A DNA stretch of 64,000 bases from a virus: the IMG/VR virus record IMGVR_UViG_3300025138_000016. One strand, 5' to 3'. A program made the translations under genes and the position numbers. Below are positions 52,623 to 62,398 of this stretch, one piece after another. The notes under the pieces were generated by a model. It was not told the origin of the DNA and ran no database searches. It was given only the letters and a program-made list of their open reading frames with translations. How positions within the stretch are numbered: the stretch's first letter is position 1; every line of letters starts with the position of its first letter.

Positions 52623-54338
52623 CTAACTTGCCATTCTTGAGAAAGATTTAACTTTCTCGAATTTAATTATATGATGAAACTTATCTAATAAGGTATCACC
52701 CTTATGACTTATTATAAAGACGTTAGTGTCTGAAGTCAACTCATTTATTATTTTTAAGAATTCGTCTGTACCAGTTGAGTCAAGAGATGAATCGAACACT
52801 TCATCCATTACTAATAGGTTAGTAGAAGCTGAGTTTCTTATCTTAGAAATACTTCTCCATGTAAATAGTAATGCGAGATCTATTCTCATCTTCTCACCTT
52901 CAGAGAACGAAGCGTAACTAAAATCGTCTCTAAATCTAGACTTAATAGTCTCGTTAAAGCTCTCATCTAATTCAAACTGTACAAAGAAGTCCATAGCAGC
53001 GAGATACTTATTAATAAGTTTATTCATTATAGGAACATACTGCTTAATAATTTTAGTTTTAATACCTGTATCTTTTAATATAGTTGATACAACACTCAGT
53101 ACAGCTCTATTCATAACTGCTTCATTCTTAGATTGCTCTGATGTAACTAATTTAGTCTCAAAGCTAGTAAGTCTTTCTTGTTCTTTTGCTTTAGATCCTT
53201 TAGCGTCAGATAGCTGAGAGTTTTCTTCTTTAAGTTGTATATTAGTATCTACTAGAGTAGAGCTCTTCCATTGTACTTCACTTAACTCATTCTGCTTAAC
53301 TATTATATCTTCTTGTATTTGAGCTATCTCTTCTAGTCTAACTTCTATCTCTTGTAACTGAGTCTGTAATTGAACTGTACCTGACTCTACTTCAGTTATC
53401 TTAGCTGTATGATTGCATTTAGCATTCTCAACGAAGTCACCTTCTAGTGATTGATCGCATGTAGGACACTGATCGTTTGACTCATAGAAGTCTAATTGTG
53501 TCTGTAGATCGTTAATTTTACTATTAAGCTGCGTTCTTAATTCCTTAAGTTTCTCATAGCGAGCTTTAATAGTTTGTTTATCTTTAACTAACCCTTTAAG
53601 GCTTTCCAGTTCTTCTGTTAAAACACTAGTTGTCCCTTTCAGACCCTCGATCTGCGCGGTGTTATCTGCAACCTTTATCATATTACTACTGATGCGCTTT
53701 CTGTTGTCAGCCTCAAGCTCTGCTATATGCTCTTGGGTTAATGATATCTTCTCTTCTAGTAGATTAATACTATGATCTATCTCTAATATATCTTTATTAT
53801 TACTACTTACTCTATCCTTTAATAGGTTATTCATCACTGAGAATATTTGTAAGTCTAAGAGGTCTTCAATAACCTCTCTTCTATTCATACTACTTAATTG
53901 CATGAACGGAACGAATGAAGTAGATCCTAATACTACGACTTGAGAGAAAGCTTTATGAGATAACTTTAGTACTTGCTTCTCAAGATACTCTTGATAGTCT
54001 CTAGCAGCAGCATCCTGATTAATCATCTTACCGTTCTGCCATATCTCAAATACATTAGGTTTAGAACCTCTAATTATTTTATATGTATTCTGACCTACAG
54101 TAAATACTATTTCTACTTTTAGATCTTTCTTATTAATAGAGTTAATTAACTGAGGCTTAGATACTTTTCTGAAAGGCTTAGAGTAAAGAGCGTATGATAA
54201 AGCGTCTAAGAATGTAGACTTACCAGCTCCGTTATCACCAATAACTAAAGTAGATGGATTTCTATCTAAGTCTAGTTCAGTATAGACATTACCAGTACTT
54301 AAAAAGTTCTTCCATTTAAGAGTCTTAAATTTAATCAA
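52623..54338 (-). CDS. 46: Rad50/SbcC-like recombination endonuclease subunit (gp46)
   Basis: GDNGAGKST, CPTC zinc hook, FSEGE, MDEVFD and ISH motifs. Confidence 0.97.
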   Translation of the reverse strand: MIKFKTLKWKNFLSTGNVYTELDLDRNPSTLVIGDNGAGKSTFLDALSYALYSKPFRKVSKPQLINSINKKDLKVEIVFTVGQNTYKIIRGSKPNVFEIWQNGKMINQDAAARDYQEYLEKQVLKLSHKAFSQVVVLGSTSFVPFMQLSSMNRREVIEDLLDLQIFSVMNNLLKDRVSSNNKDILEIDHSINLLEEKISLTQEHIAELEADNRKRISSNMIKVADNTAQIEGLKGTTSVLTEELESLKGLVKDKQTIKARYEKLKELRTQLNSKINDLQTQLDFYESNDQCPTCDQSLEGDFVENAKCNHTAKITEVESGTVQLQTQLQEIEVRLEEIAQIQEDIIVKQNELSEVQWKSSTLVDTNIQLKEENSQLSDAKGSKAKEQERLTSFETKLVTSEQSKNEAVMNRAVLSVVSTILKDTGIKTKIIKQYVPIMNKLINKYLAAMDFFVQFELDESFNETIKSRFRDDFSYASFSEGEKMRIDLALLFTWRSISKIRNSASTNLLVMDEVFDSSLDSTGTDEFLKIINELTSDTNVFIISHKGDTLLDKFHHIIKFEKVKSFSRMAS

Positions 54339-55386
54339 TTGACATTGCCTCAGAGTGTAGATCGAGTACTATCTTTTTAACTGCTTCTTGATCAGCAATA
54401 TCATCTAGCGCATCGACATATTTAAATAATATAGATAATGTATCTTCTGCTTCTTGTATTATATCATCTTCATCTTCTAAGTCCAAGTTAAGATGATCTT
54501 CTACTATCTGAACATGTATTGGCTCTTGACGCTCAAGTCGCTCAATAAACATATCAAACCAATAAGGGTTAGTTTTATTTTTAACGATGAGTTTAATATA
54601 GCAGTCTTTATATATGGTCATATCTTGATCAATGATATCAGTTACTACTGCATCTTCATCGTTGTACCATATCTTTTTAAACTGAGTAAAAGGATTATGT
54701 ATAAACTCTATCTCTCTTTTATCAGTATCGTATACATGAAAGCCTTTCTGGTCGTCAGCATCTGCCCAAGTCATCTCAAAAGGACATCCTAAGTAGTTAA
54801 CATTACCTTGAGTAGATTTAGTATGATAGTGACCAGTACAAACTAGGTCAAATTTATCTAAGAAGTTATCTTTCATTCCATGGAACATGGATTGACCTTT
54901 ATACATTTGATATCCTGAGAGTTCAAGATGACCAAATAGTACTTGAGAGGTAGTGTCGTTAATGAGCTCCATACACTCATCATAGTTATCATCACATATC
55001 CAAGGTAGCATTACTATATCATTCCATACTGAGGGTTTACTGTATGGTATTATATTACTATATTCCTTAGTAAGTAAATCAACTGAGTTAACTTCAATAG
55101 TATTCTTAAAATATGCATCGTGATTACCAACCAATACATGACACTCTATATTCCTATCAAGCATAGGCTGAAGAAACATTTTCTTAGCTCTATCTAATGT
55201 ATTAAAGTTAACGAACTTTCTACGATCGAAAGTATCACCTAAGTCAACAACAGTATCGATTTTATGCTCATCGATATAAGGAAAGAATACTTCACTAAAA
55301 AATCTCTCTTGAAAGTCTGCTACTCTAGCATTATCATTACGAGCTCCGAAATGTATATCGGTCACTAAAGCAATCTTACTCATCAA
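54331..55386 (-). CDS. 47: Mre11/SbcD-like nuclease subunit (gp47)
   Basis: TDIHFG, LGDTFD, VGNHD, GHLE and GHYH motifs. Confidence 0.97.
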   Translation of the reverse strand: MMSKIALVTDIHFGARNDNARVADFQERFFSEVFFPYIDEHKIDTVVDLGDTFDRRKFVNFNTLDRAKKMFLQPMLDRNIECHVLVGNHDAYFKNTIEVNSVDLLTKEYSNIIPYSKPSVWNDIVMLPWICDDNYDECMELINDTTSQVLFGHLELSGYQMYKGQSMFHGMKDNFLDKFDLVCTGHYHTKSTQGNVNYLGCPFEMTWADADDQKGFHVYDTDKREIEFIHNPFTQFKKIWYNDEDAVVTDIIDQDMTIYKDCYIKLIVKNKTNPYWFDMFIERLERQEPIHVQIVEDHLNLDLEDEDDIIQEAEDTLSILFKYVDALDDIADQEAVKKIVLDLHSEAMSID

Positions 55387-55939
55387 TAAAGTTATCCAAA
55401 TTCTGAGTCTTCTTTTTCTCCTCTCGTCTTTCTTTTCTCTTCTCTATCTTTTCTTCGAAGTTAGATACAAAGTCTTTCATATAATCAGTCTCGAGGTTTA
55501 TTTTAACTGAACCAGTTTCAGAGGCATCATCAGCATGAGTAGCCATATCATCCATTATCATATGGTTCTCTAAAGTCTTATGCTTAATATATAATTGTCT
55601 CTTCTCTCTATCAATACGTCTTAAGAAAGCGTAGTATATTATTTGAGTGAAGTAAGCAAAAGGATTTTTACTCTTCTCTGGATCAAAGTTATTAAGATAG
55701 TTGATGCAGTTCTCTATACCATCACCTACCATCTCTTCTCTAAACATATAGTTAGAAAAATTAGGCTTATAAGATAGCCTGTTAGCTATCTGTAATAGAC
55801 ATTCGCCGACATAGTTAGGTATAGGTGGATATCCTTTATCCTTTTTCTTTAGTCCTTTCTCTTCAGCTTTAAGTCTTAAATGTTTATAATCAAGTAAGGT
55901 CTGATATAGTACCTTATTATCTACGTAGTGCTTTCCCAT
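55376..55939 (-). CDS. 55: Late transcription sigma factor (gp55)
   Basis: HYVDN, YKPNFSNY, DGIENC and NPFAYFTQIIYYAFLRRI motifs. Confidence 0.97.
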   Translation of the reverse strand: MGKHYVDNKVLYQTLLDYKHLRLKAEEKGLKKKDKGYPPIPNYVGECLLQIANRLSYKPNFSNYMFREEMVGDGIENCINYLNNFDPEKSKNPFAYFTQIIYYAFLRRIDREKRQLYIKHKTLENHMIMDDMATHADDASETGSVKINLETDYMKDFVSNFEEKIEKRKERREEKKKTQNLDNFIDE

Positions 55940-56379
55940 TAGTGTATCTCGTTGTTAGCGAGGCCTTGTCTTGTTAATATGGCCTCTAACATATCTAAAG
56001 AGTTATCTTCTGACAGCGGTTCTTCTGTAGTAAGGTTATCAATTTCTTGAGTACCTTTTTTGAGTGCACGTTCGTTTACTCGATTTCTTGTTGTGAACCA
56101 GTCTTCTACAAATCTCATGTATGCGGCTTCTAGTCCTGTATCTAAATCACTATGAATAGTGACGATCAGTTCCTTAGGTAGCTCTGTTAATATTTCAGCA
56201 GATATAGAGAAAGGTGAATACATTCCTCTAAAATAATATTGCTGCTCCATTCCGGCTAGATTGGATAAAGGTCTTGTGCCCATTTCAACTGCGTTGGTAA
56301 TCGTTAGGTAGTACTCATCATCGTTAGAGATACGACCACAAAGAATAGTCCTATCGGAAAGACGAATGAATACAAACAT
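55939..56379 (-). CDS. Hypothetical protein (Sm-like N-terminus possible)
   Basis: IRLSDRTILCGRI beta-rich start; lies between uvsW and gp55. Confidence 0.7.
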   Translation of the reverse strand: MFVFIRLSDRTILCGRISNDDEYYLTITNAVEMGTRPLSNLAGMEQQYYFRGMYSPFSISAEILTELPKELIVTIHSDLDTGLEAAYMRFVEDWFTTRNRVNERALKKGTQEIDNLTTEEPLSEDNSLDMLEAILTRQGLANNEIH

Positions 56380-56388
56380 AATTGTCCC

Positions 56389-57861
56389 TTATAGCTTTAC
56401 TTGATAGATCTTATAATCGAACTTCTCGTCGTTATAATATTTAACTCTTTCAGTAAAATGTTGAAGTGTATAATTCCTTTTCGAGCCCCATGAAAGGTCA
56501 TCAGCAATATCAAAAAGAGTACAAGCCTCTTTAGTATCTGATTTCCTTAAACCTCTGCCTATTGATTGTAAAACTCTAATCTTAGACTTAGAAGGTGAAG
56601 CAAATATAATATTATTTAGATTACGAATATTAATACCAGTAGAGAAGGTACCGTAAGAAGCTACAATAATAGCATCCTTTTCAGTCTCAACTACCGTTCT
56701 AATATTCTCTCTTATCTGAGCATCTATTTCACCAGAAACAAAAAAGACTTTACGGTCTGGATATAGACCATCTTTTATTTCTGATACTATACTATTATAT
56801 AATACTTTCCCATGCTTTTCAACTAATTGGTATAGTATTAACGTATTACCTTTAAGTGAATGAGCGAGGTTCTCAATGAATTTATTACGCTTCTCGTTAA
56901 GTATGATATGGTCTATTTCAGTTCTATAGTCTGCTTTCTTAAGTAGTTTACAATCCTCTTGTGGATGAGCTAGCTGTATACATTTTATCTTTAACTCAGC
57001 TAACGTACCTTCATCCATTAGTTCTTTAGATGTAGTAACCTTCTTAACAGTTCCGAATAGTCCTTCAAGGACAAGCTTATGTGTTTGTGTACCATCTAAG
57101 GTACCTGTGAATCCAAATCTATAAGGACAGTTTTCTAATTTAGTCATTATAGATGTGAGTGATTTAGATTTAAAGTTATGTGCCTCATCTCCCAGCACAC
57201 ACTTGAATTGATTGAACCATGGCTTAGGCATCTTATATATAGACTGCCATGTAGATATAACTATGTTCTCAGGTATGTCTACTCTCCAGCTCTTATCTTG
57301 AGTACCATCAATTACTCTTATATTATTCTCATAACCATATGACTCAAAATCAGTCTTCATTTGATATACCAACGAAGTTGTTGGAACGATAGTGAGAATT
57401 TTGATACCATCTTCTAGCATCTTTCTAGCTATGAAGTAAATAATTAATGACTTACCAGAAGCAGTAGGAGATAGTAATAAAGATCTTCTTGATCTCATTG
57501 CATGAGCGAAAGCTTCTATCTGATAGTCTCTTGGTTCTAGGTTAGATGCACCCTTACACCATTCAGTAGCTTCTTTAATAGAGTATTGTTCGTCCATGAG
57601 TTCATCATCAACGTCAACCTCATAGCCTCTTTCGTAAGCAAACTTTCTTATGTACGGTATTAATCCACCATATAGTAGCATAGTGGCCGGATTATATAAA
57701 CGTATCTTACCGTCCCAGAATTTATTTCTAACCTGAGGCATGAACTTAGCACCTGGAACTGTGAATGTAAAGAACTCAGAAAGCTCATAAGCTACACCAG
57801 GTTCACAGAATGCTTTGACGTAAGCGTCGTTATACTTTTCTACGTATAATTTCTCTGTCAT
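56389..57861 (-). CDS. uvsW: SF2 DNA helicase UvsW
   Basis: WDGKIRL, PRDYQ, SPTASGKS, DEAH, GFTGT and QSIGRGLR motifs. Confidence 0.97.
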   Translation of the reverse strand: MTEKLYVEKYNDAYVKAFCEPGVAYELSEFFTFTVPGAKFMPQVRNKFWDGKIRLYNPATMLLYGGLIPYIRKFAYERGYEVDVDDELMDEQYSIKEATEWCKGASNLEPRDYQIEAFAHAMRSRRSLLLSPTASGKSLIIYFIARKMLEDGIKILTIVPTTSLVYQMKTDFESYGYENNIRVIDGTQDKSWRVDIPENIVISTWQSIYKMPKPWFNQFKCVLGDEAHNFKSKSLTSIMTKLENCPYRFGFTGTLDGTQTHKLVLEGLFGTVKKVTTSKELMDEGTLAELKIKCIQLAHPQEDCKLLKKADYRTEIDHIILNEKRNKFIENLAHSLKGNTLILYQLVEKHGKVLYNSIVSEIKDGLYPDRKVFFVSGEIDAQIRENIRTVVETEKDAIIVASYGTFSTGINIRNLNNIIFASPSKSKIRVLQSIGRGLRKSDTKEACTLFDIADDLSWGSKRNYTLQHFTERVKYYNDEKFDYKIYQVKL

Positions 57862-58258
57862 ATACTTTGTGTCTAAGATTTGTTGTACTAAAGTTATGGT
57901 CTCTATTATTAAAGAATAACTCTATACCTCTTCTCTGGCAAATCTCTTTACCTGTAAAATCTTTTTGTCTATATTCCTCTCCGAGGATACGAACGTTGAT
58001 AGGAAGCATCATTAATATATCTAATAGATCAGATTCAGTCGCATAAGGAATAATCTCATCTACGTATTTAATAGCTTGTAGTTGTGTATATCGTTCAACG
58101 ATAGTTTGTGTTGGAGAGTTCTTTTCTGCTCTGTCGATAGTTGGATCTACCTGCAGTCCACATATAAGATAATCACAATGCGCTTTTGAGTCACGTAACA
58201 TACTCACATGACCAGCATGTAATAAATCAAATGACGAGCATGTAAAACCAATCTTCAT
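57830..58258 (-). CDS. Glycerol-3-phosphate cytidylyltransferase-like (TagD family)
   Basis: SFDLLHAGH (HxGH), ERY.QL, KYVDEI and RDHNFSTTNLR motifs. Confidence 0.9.
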   Translation of the reverse strand: MKIGFTCSSFDLLHAGHVSMLRDSKAHCDYLICGLQVDPTIDRAEKNSPTQTIVERYTQLQAIKYVDEIIPYATESDLLDILMMLPINVRILGEEYRQKDFTGKEICQRRGIELFFNNRDHNFSTTNLRHKVYDREIIRRKV

Positions 58259-58259
58259 A

Positions 58260-58985
58260 TTAATCTTCTCTATGACTAGTATTTAGCATCAGTATAATAC
58301 TGCTTAATACATCTTGACTTAACGTAGCATAGTGAGTAGTATCTTTAGGTAGACATTTACCACCAAAGCCAAACTTACCATCTGGACCAGGTACATCCCA
58401 ATGCGTAGCAGGGTCTAACGAAGGTTGTAGTAATGATTTAACAGCATCATAGTCTATATCTAACAGTAAACATTTCTTTCTTAATTCGTTAGCAAATGTA
58501 ACCTTAGTAGCTAAGAATGCATTCCTTGACATCTTAAACATAGCTGCTTCTTTAGGTGTTACAGCATCAACTGCTCTATGTTTACGTATAAGGTCATAGA
58601 ACATATTGCCTTCTATTTCTTTTATACCTATTACATCTCTAACTTGTGGTTGAGTAGCGTCTATATTAAACGTTACCTCTCTTAAGAACTCAGGCCATAT
58701 AGTAGCTTCTGGATACAAGCATACACTTTCAGGTGGTAGAGTAGAACGAATGATCTGATGACCTTTAAACTTATTATATACTTCATCTACTATATCTGTT
58801 TCAAGTTTACCATCTCTAAGATTAGTAGGAACGCATATGAATACGCAATCGAAATCCCATTTAACTTGAGCACTAAACCCAGCTTGTGGATCGTGAATAG
58901 TTACAGGATCGACGCCCATAGATCTAAGAGTAAGTTCAGTCGCTTTACCTACAAAGCCGTAACCAATTATAAGTGCTTGCATCAA
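58260..58985 (-). CDS. UDP-glucose/GDP-mannose dehydrogenase-family protein (compact)
   Basis: IGYGFVG, ICVPT, IRST, PEFLRE, NAFLATKV and GFGGKCLPKD motifs. Confidence 0.9.
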   Translation of the reverse strand: MMQALIIGYGFVGKATELTLRSMGVDPVTIHDPQAGFSAQVKWDFDCVFICVPTNLRDGKLETDIVDEVYNKFKGHQIIRSTLPPESVCLYPEATIWPEFLREVTFNIDATQPQVRDVIGIKEIEGNMFYDLIRKHRAVDAVTPKEAAMFKMSRNAFLATKVTFANELRKKCLLLDIDYDAVKSLLQPSLDPATHWDVPGPDGKFGFGGKCLPKDTTHYATLSQDVLSSIILMLNTSHRED

Positions 58986-59266
58986 TCGTCTAGTCCTGGG
59001 TAAAAGTTATCATGTTTAGCTTTATATCCATAGAACGATCCTTCTTTAACTTCTTCTTTAGGTTCGTTCTCTTCCACCCAATCATCTAATCCATAATAAG
59101 GTGGTACGTTCTCGAGAGCTTTTTCAGCTGCCCATTTGACTTGCATTATTTTTTTGAAGCATGCAAAGCCATTAAAGCCATCTATATTAGGATCGTGCAT
59201 AACACCTTCCCATAAACTAATTGCTTCTTTAACACTATTGACCGGTGTCTTATCTATATACGGCAT
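58982..59266 (-). CDS. Hypothetical protein
   Basis: Likely start MPYID, coupled to the uvsY stop. Confidence 0.7.
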   Translation of the reverse strand: MPYIDKTPVNSVKEAISLWEGVMHDPNIDGFNGFACFKKIMQVKWAAEKALENVPPYYGLDDWVEENEPKEEVKEGSFYGYKAKHDNFYPGLDD

Positions 59267-59700
59267 TATAAACCTACCTTGAATTTTTCCCACTCAACAG
59301 CTGCTTTAATATTAAAACCTCTACTATTAAGGGAACGGATTGCTGACTCTAAAAAGTCAACCTTCTCTTGTTGATATGCAATCTTAAGCGTTAGTTCAAT
59401 ATAGTCTTTATCACTATCGACATATTGAGGTATATCTGTCCTTAAGATTTTTAACGGATTAGGTTCCCAACCGAGTTCAGTTAACTCAGTATAGTCCAAA
59501 GAACCATTGTAGTATTCATATTTTTGTTTTTTCAGAACTTTAAGTTCAGCCTCGAGCTTACGACACTGTAATCTCTCACTGCTAAATATATTAAAGTATT
59601 TGGAATGAAGCCTTGAGATCTTCAAAGCTTCCTCACCCAGCTCAGTACGATCGATATCACTATCGACGGACCACTTATTCATAATATCTTCTAATGTCAT
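59266..59700 (-). CDS. uvsY: Recombination mediator UvsY
   Basis: W..DS.ID, LHSKY, YEYYNG and RGFNIK.A.EW.KF motifs. Confidence 0.93.
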   Translation of the reverse strand: MTLEDIMNKWSVDSDIDRTELGEEALKISRLHSKYFNIFSSERLQCRKLEAELKVLKKQKYEYYNGSLDYTELTELGWEPNPLKILRTDIPQYVDSDKDYIELTLKIAYQQEKVDFLESAIRSLNSRGFNIKAAVEWEKFKVGL

Positions 59701-59748
59701 AATATATAGTTATCTCCAATCTACTACATAGATTATTATAACGGCTTC

Positions 59749-60288
59749 TTACTTCGAAATCAACTCTATATCGAATCTTTCATACCTAAATGACGCAATG
59801 CACTCTATGTATGATATATCACCGCCTCTAAGGTCAAACATTAATTCTGATAACGTCGACGGAAACAATCCAATGAACTTAACTTTAAGGTTAGGCTGTG
59901 CAGCGCTATTGTGAATGATAAGAGTTGCATCACTCATTATATCACCAGAGCCTAATGGATTTTTTCTTCTATCGTCATCAGATAATAACTTGTACTCATC
60001 AAAGCTTTCAGGGAAACCTAATGCTCTTGTCCAGTTATATAACTCTAAATAACTTTGCATCTGCTCATCAACTCTAAACGAGATCTGAAATTCAGTAAAG
60101 TCAATATGTGTGCCTGGGTTAGGCATCTTAACGAATGGAGTAGGTACTTCAGCTGTACCTAAAGTAACAGCAGGAAGCAGGACCGATTGACAAAAGAAGT
60201 TGACATGAGGTAACTTATTAATCACAAAGTCAAACTTTAGTGGTGACAGGAAGTTAAGATTGTCAGGTTGTTGGGTCAATGCGGCCAT
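59749..60288 (-). CDS. 3: Tail tube terminator/completion protein (gp3-like)
   Basis: NFLSP.KF, FFCQSV.LP, F.VDE, Y.ELYNW, SDATL and FP..LS motifs. Likely start MAALTQQ after a CTAAATA late-promoter variant. Confidence 0.9.
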   Translation of the reverse strand: MAALTQQPDNLNFLSPLKFDFVINKLPHVNFFCQSVLLPAVTLGTAEVPTPFVKMPNPGTHIDFTEFQISFRVDEQMQSYLELYNWTRALGFPESFDEYKLLSDDDRRKNPLGSGDIMSDATLIIHNSAAQPNLKVKFIGLFPSTLSELMFDLRGGDISYIECIASFRYERFDIELISK

Positions 60289-60319
60289 ATAAGTATTTAG
60301 GCTAACTATCAGATAGGTG

Positions 60320-60502
60320 CTAAGACCCCTTCTGCATTGGTTTCCACAGTTCGTGGAACATACAATGACGTTGATAGCCTTCTGGCGTCTCATATACAAA
60401 CTGAGCGGCTAAGAGCTCTATAACCTTACCAGAGTGTTCTCTCTTAAAGTAAGGTTCCGTATGAGTAATCATATCACCTAATTGTGGTTTACGTCTTTTC
60501 AA
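60320..60502 (-). CDS. Small hypothetical protein
   Basis: 60-aa ORF; GKVIELLAAQFVY. Confidence 0.65.
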   Translation of the reverse strand: MKRRKPQLGDMITHTEPYFKREHSGKVIELLAAQFVYETPEGYQRHCMFHELWKPMQKGS

Positions 60503-60707
60503 TTACATCTCCATTCATTCTGTCTAATGATTCTAAGGCACGAGCAACTACTATAACAGGACCACGAGGATCGTCAGCATATAGTCTTGGTTTATAATGA
60601 CTACGCTCACGCATACCTTGCTTAGTCCAAGCTGCGTCTTCACGCACCTTGAACCTACTGCATAGCTCTCTACGTACTTCTTCAAAGAAGTCTAACTCAC
60701 TATTCAT
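60489..60707 (-). CDS. Hypothetical protein
   Basis: 72-aa ORF, ATGA-coupled to the upstream gene. Confidence 0.65.
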   Translation of the reverse strand: MNSELDFFEEVRRELCSRFKVREDAAWTKQGMRERSHYKPRLYADDPRGPVIVVARALESLDRMNGDVIEKT

Positions 60708-60919
60708 TTAACTGCCATTCCTTCTCCTGATAGAGCGAAGTTGTATGCATATTGCAATACTTTAGTTGGGTGCGATAACGTCTCAGCAATATATAATGCT
60801 TTACGTTTCGTCTCTGCTTTAGCATGCGATGCATTAATCATCTCTACTAAGGCTTCTTTCTTTGCATCTAGACTTGTAGCAGCGTCGATGTCTTTAAGAT
60901 ATTTATCAAGTTGTAACAT
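60704..60919 (-). CDS. Hypothetical protein (probably early)
   Basis: GAGG RBS; downstream of a sigma70-like promoter. Confidence 0.7.
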   Translation of the reverse strand: MLQLDKYLKDIDAATSLDAKKEALVEMINASHAKAETKRKALYIAETLSHPTKVLQYAYNFALSGEGMAVK

Positions 60920-60951
60920 AATTTCTATTCCTCTTTTTTGTTTATAACTAT

Positions 60952-60979
60952 ATTATATGAACTTATTCAAATAAATCAA
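60952..60979 (-). promoter_or_regulatory. Sigma70-type promoter
   Basis: Minus strand TTGATT-16 nt-TATAAT, just after the gp23 terminator. Confidence 0.55.
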
Positions 60980-60993
60980 CTGTTATTTTAAAC

Positions 60994-61020
60994 AAAAAAA
61001 GAGCGCCGAAGCGCTCTTTT
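60994..61020 (-). terminator. Intrinsic terminator after the major capsid gene
   Basis: Minus strand GAGCGC-TTCG-GCGCTC-TTTTTTT (cUUCGg tetraloop). Confidence 0.92.
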
Positions 61021-61039
61021 AATAGAATATAATCTGAGA

Positions 61040-62365
61040 TTACATAATGTTGTTAACAAGTACTCTTCTGTAGTATACGTTAGAATCTTTGTTCATCGCT
61101 CCAAGTCCTACGCCTGTTCCTTCTGCAAAAGGATTCGCAACTACGCCGTAACGAGTTTTAAAACCGATTTTAGGTTGGAAAGTCTGCTCACCAACGGCTC
61201 TCACCATTTGTAGCGGTACGTAAGGGCAGTAGAATATACCAGCATCAAATGCTGAAGATCCTTTATATCCTAATGTGTAATAGTTACCAGTAGTATATGG
61301 ATCGATATAAACTCTATATCTGCCGTTTAGAACACCAGCAAAAGTATTGCCAGTATCATCAACTTGTAGGTTGTTTGAGTTCAACGCAGGAGTGTAGTCC
61401 AATACGCCAGCCATTTGTAAAGCAGAAGCTACGTCTGAAGAAGTAATAAGAACATTACCTTTCCCTCTACGAGTATCTTTTGCAATTTGGTTAGCATCTC
61501 TTTCGATTTGGAACATTAATCCTTTGAACTTCTCAACTGACCATCTACCGTTTGAATCGGTATCAAGATCAAATGTACCAGCAGTAGTAGTGTCAGTCGT
61601 GGCACCTTGCTTAGCAACAATATTGATTGTTCTGATGATTTCTCTGTTAATTTCAGCTAAAATTTCTGTTGAAAGAATATTAGCTAATTCTGTTTCAGCG
61701 TCTAGACCATGGATAGCTCTTAAATCTTGAGCAAGTTCCATAGTATATTCAGCTTTCAGCGCTCTTGAACCAGCAGTAACTGATACTTTCTCAATTGAGA
61801 AAGCCATTTCTGGGAATGCAACGTTAGATGCATTACCTAAAGCTTCAGCTTGGTTAGTTGGCATACCGTCAGCAAAGTTATAAACACCCGCTTCAGCATT
61901 GTTTGCGCTTCCAGGAACACTACCAACGTTTTTGTCACCAAGTGTATTAGCATTGGCAGCAACAGTCGAGAATGCAGTATCAGCTTCGTTATAGAAAGCT
62001 TCAGTTGCAGAGTTAGACTGGTTAGTATACTTAGATCTCATCGCGAAGATAAGTCCAGTTGGTCCTGACATAGGCTGAACACCACACATGTCATAAGCTA
62101 CTAGGTTAGGCATTGCTCTTCTTACGAGGCTGATTAATACAGGATCGTAATTATCAATGTCTGCGCCAGTTGCGTTAGTCGGTGTATGAGTCGCCTCACT
62201 GAGAAGTGATTGACTAGAATATGTGCTTCCTTCTCTCAAAGCAATTTCTGTATTTTCTAAAAGTTGAGCTGTAACTGCACGCTTATGAGTATCTGTGATC
62301 GCTGTAAGATCGTCGTGCTCAAGAATTGGCTGCCACTTCTCAACTAAATTAGTTCTAAGGTCCAT
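61040..62365 (-). CDS. 23: Major capsid protein (gp23)
   Basis: LVEKWQPIL, DPVLISLVRR, GVQPMSGPTGLIFAMR, SRALKAEY, YCPYVPL and FQPKIGFKTRYG motifs. Confidence 0.99.
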   Translation of the reverse strand: MDLRTNLVEKWQPILEHDDLTAITDTHKRAVTAQLLENTEIALREGSTYSSQSLLSEATHTPTNATGADIDNYDPVLISLVRRAMPNLVAYDMCGVQPMSGPTGLIFAMRSKYTNQSNSATEAFYNEADTAFSTVAANANTLGDKNVGSVPGSANNAEAGVYNFADGMPTNQAEALGNASNVAFPEMAFSIEKVSVTAGSRALKAEYTMELAQDLRAIHGLDAETELANILSTEILAEINREIIRTINIVAKQGATTDTTTAGTFDLDTDSNGRWSVEKFKGLMFQIERDANQIAKDTRRGKGNVLITSSDVASALQMAGVLDYTPALNSNNLQVDDTGNTFAGVLNGRYRVYIDPYTTGNYYTLGYKGSSAFDAGIFYCPYVPLQMVRAVGEQTFQPKIGFKTRYGVVANPFAEGTGVGLGAMNKDSNVYYRRVLVNNIM

Positions 62366-62398
62366 AATAGTTCTCCTTTAAATTACCCTAAACATTAT

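Noticed and set aside
60289-60399. N-terminal extensions in the ORF track (gp3 here; also queC, queE, nrdB, ORF 19654 and ORF 39378)
   Set aside because: They overlap upstream genes; downstream ATGs with RBS or translational coupling match the expected family N-termini better.
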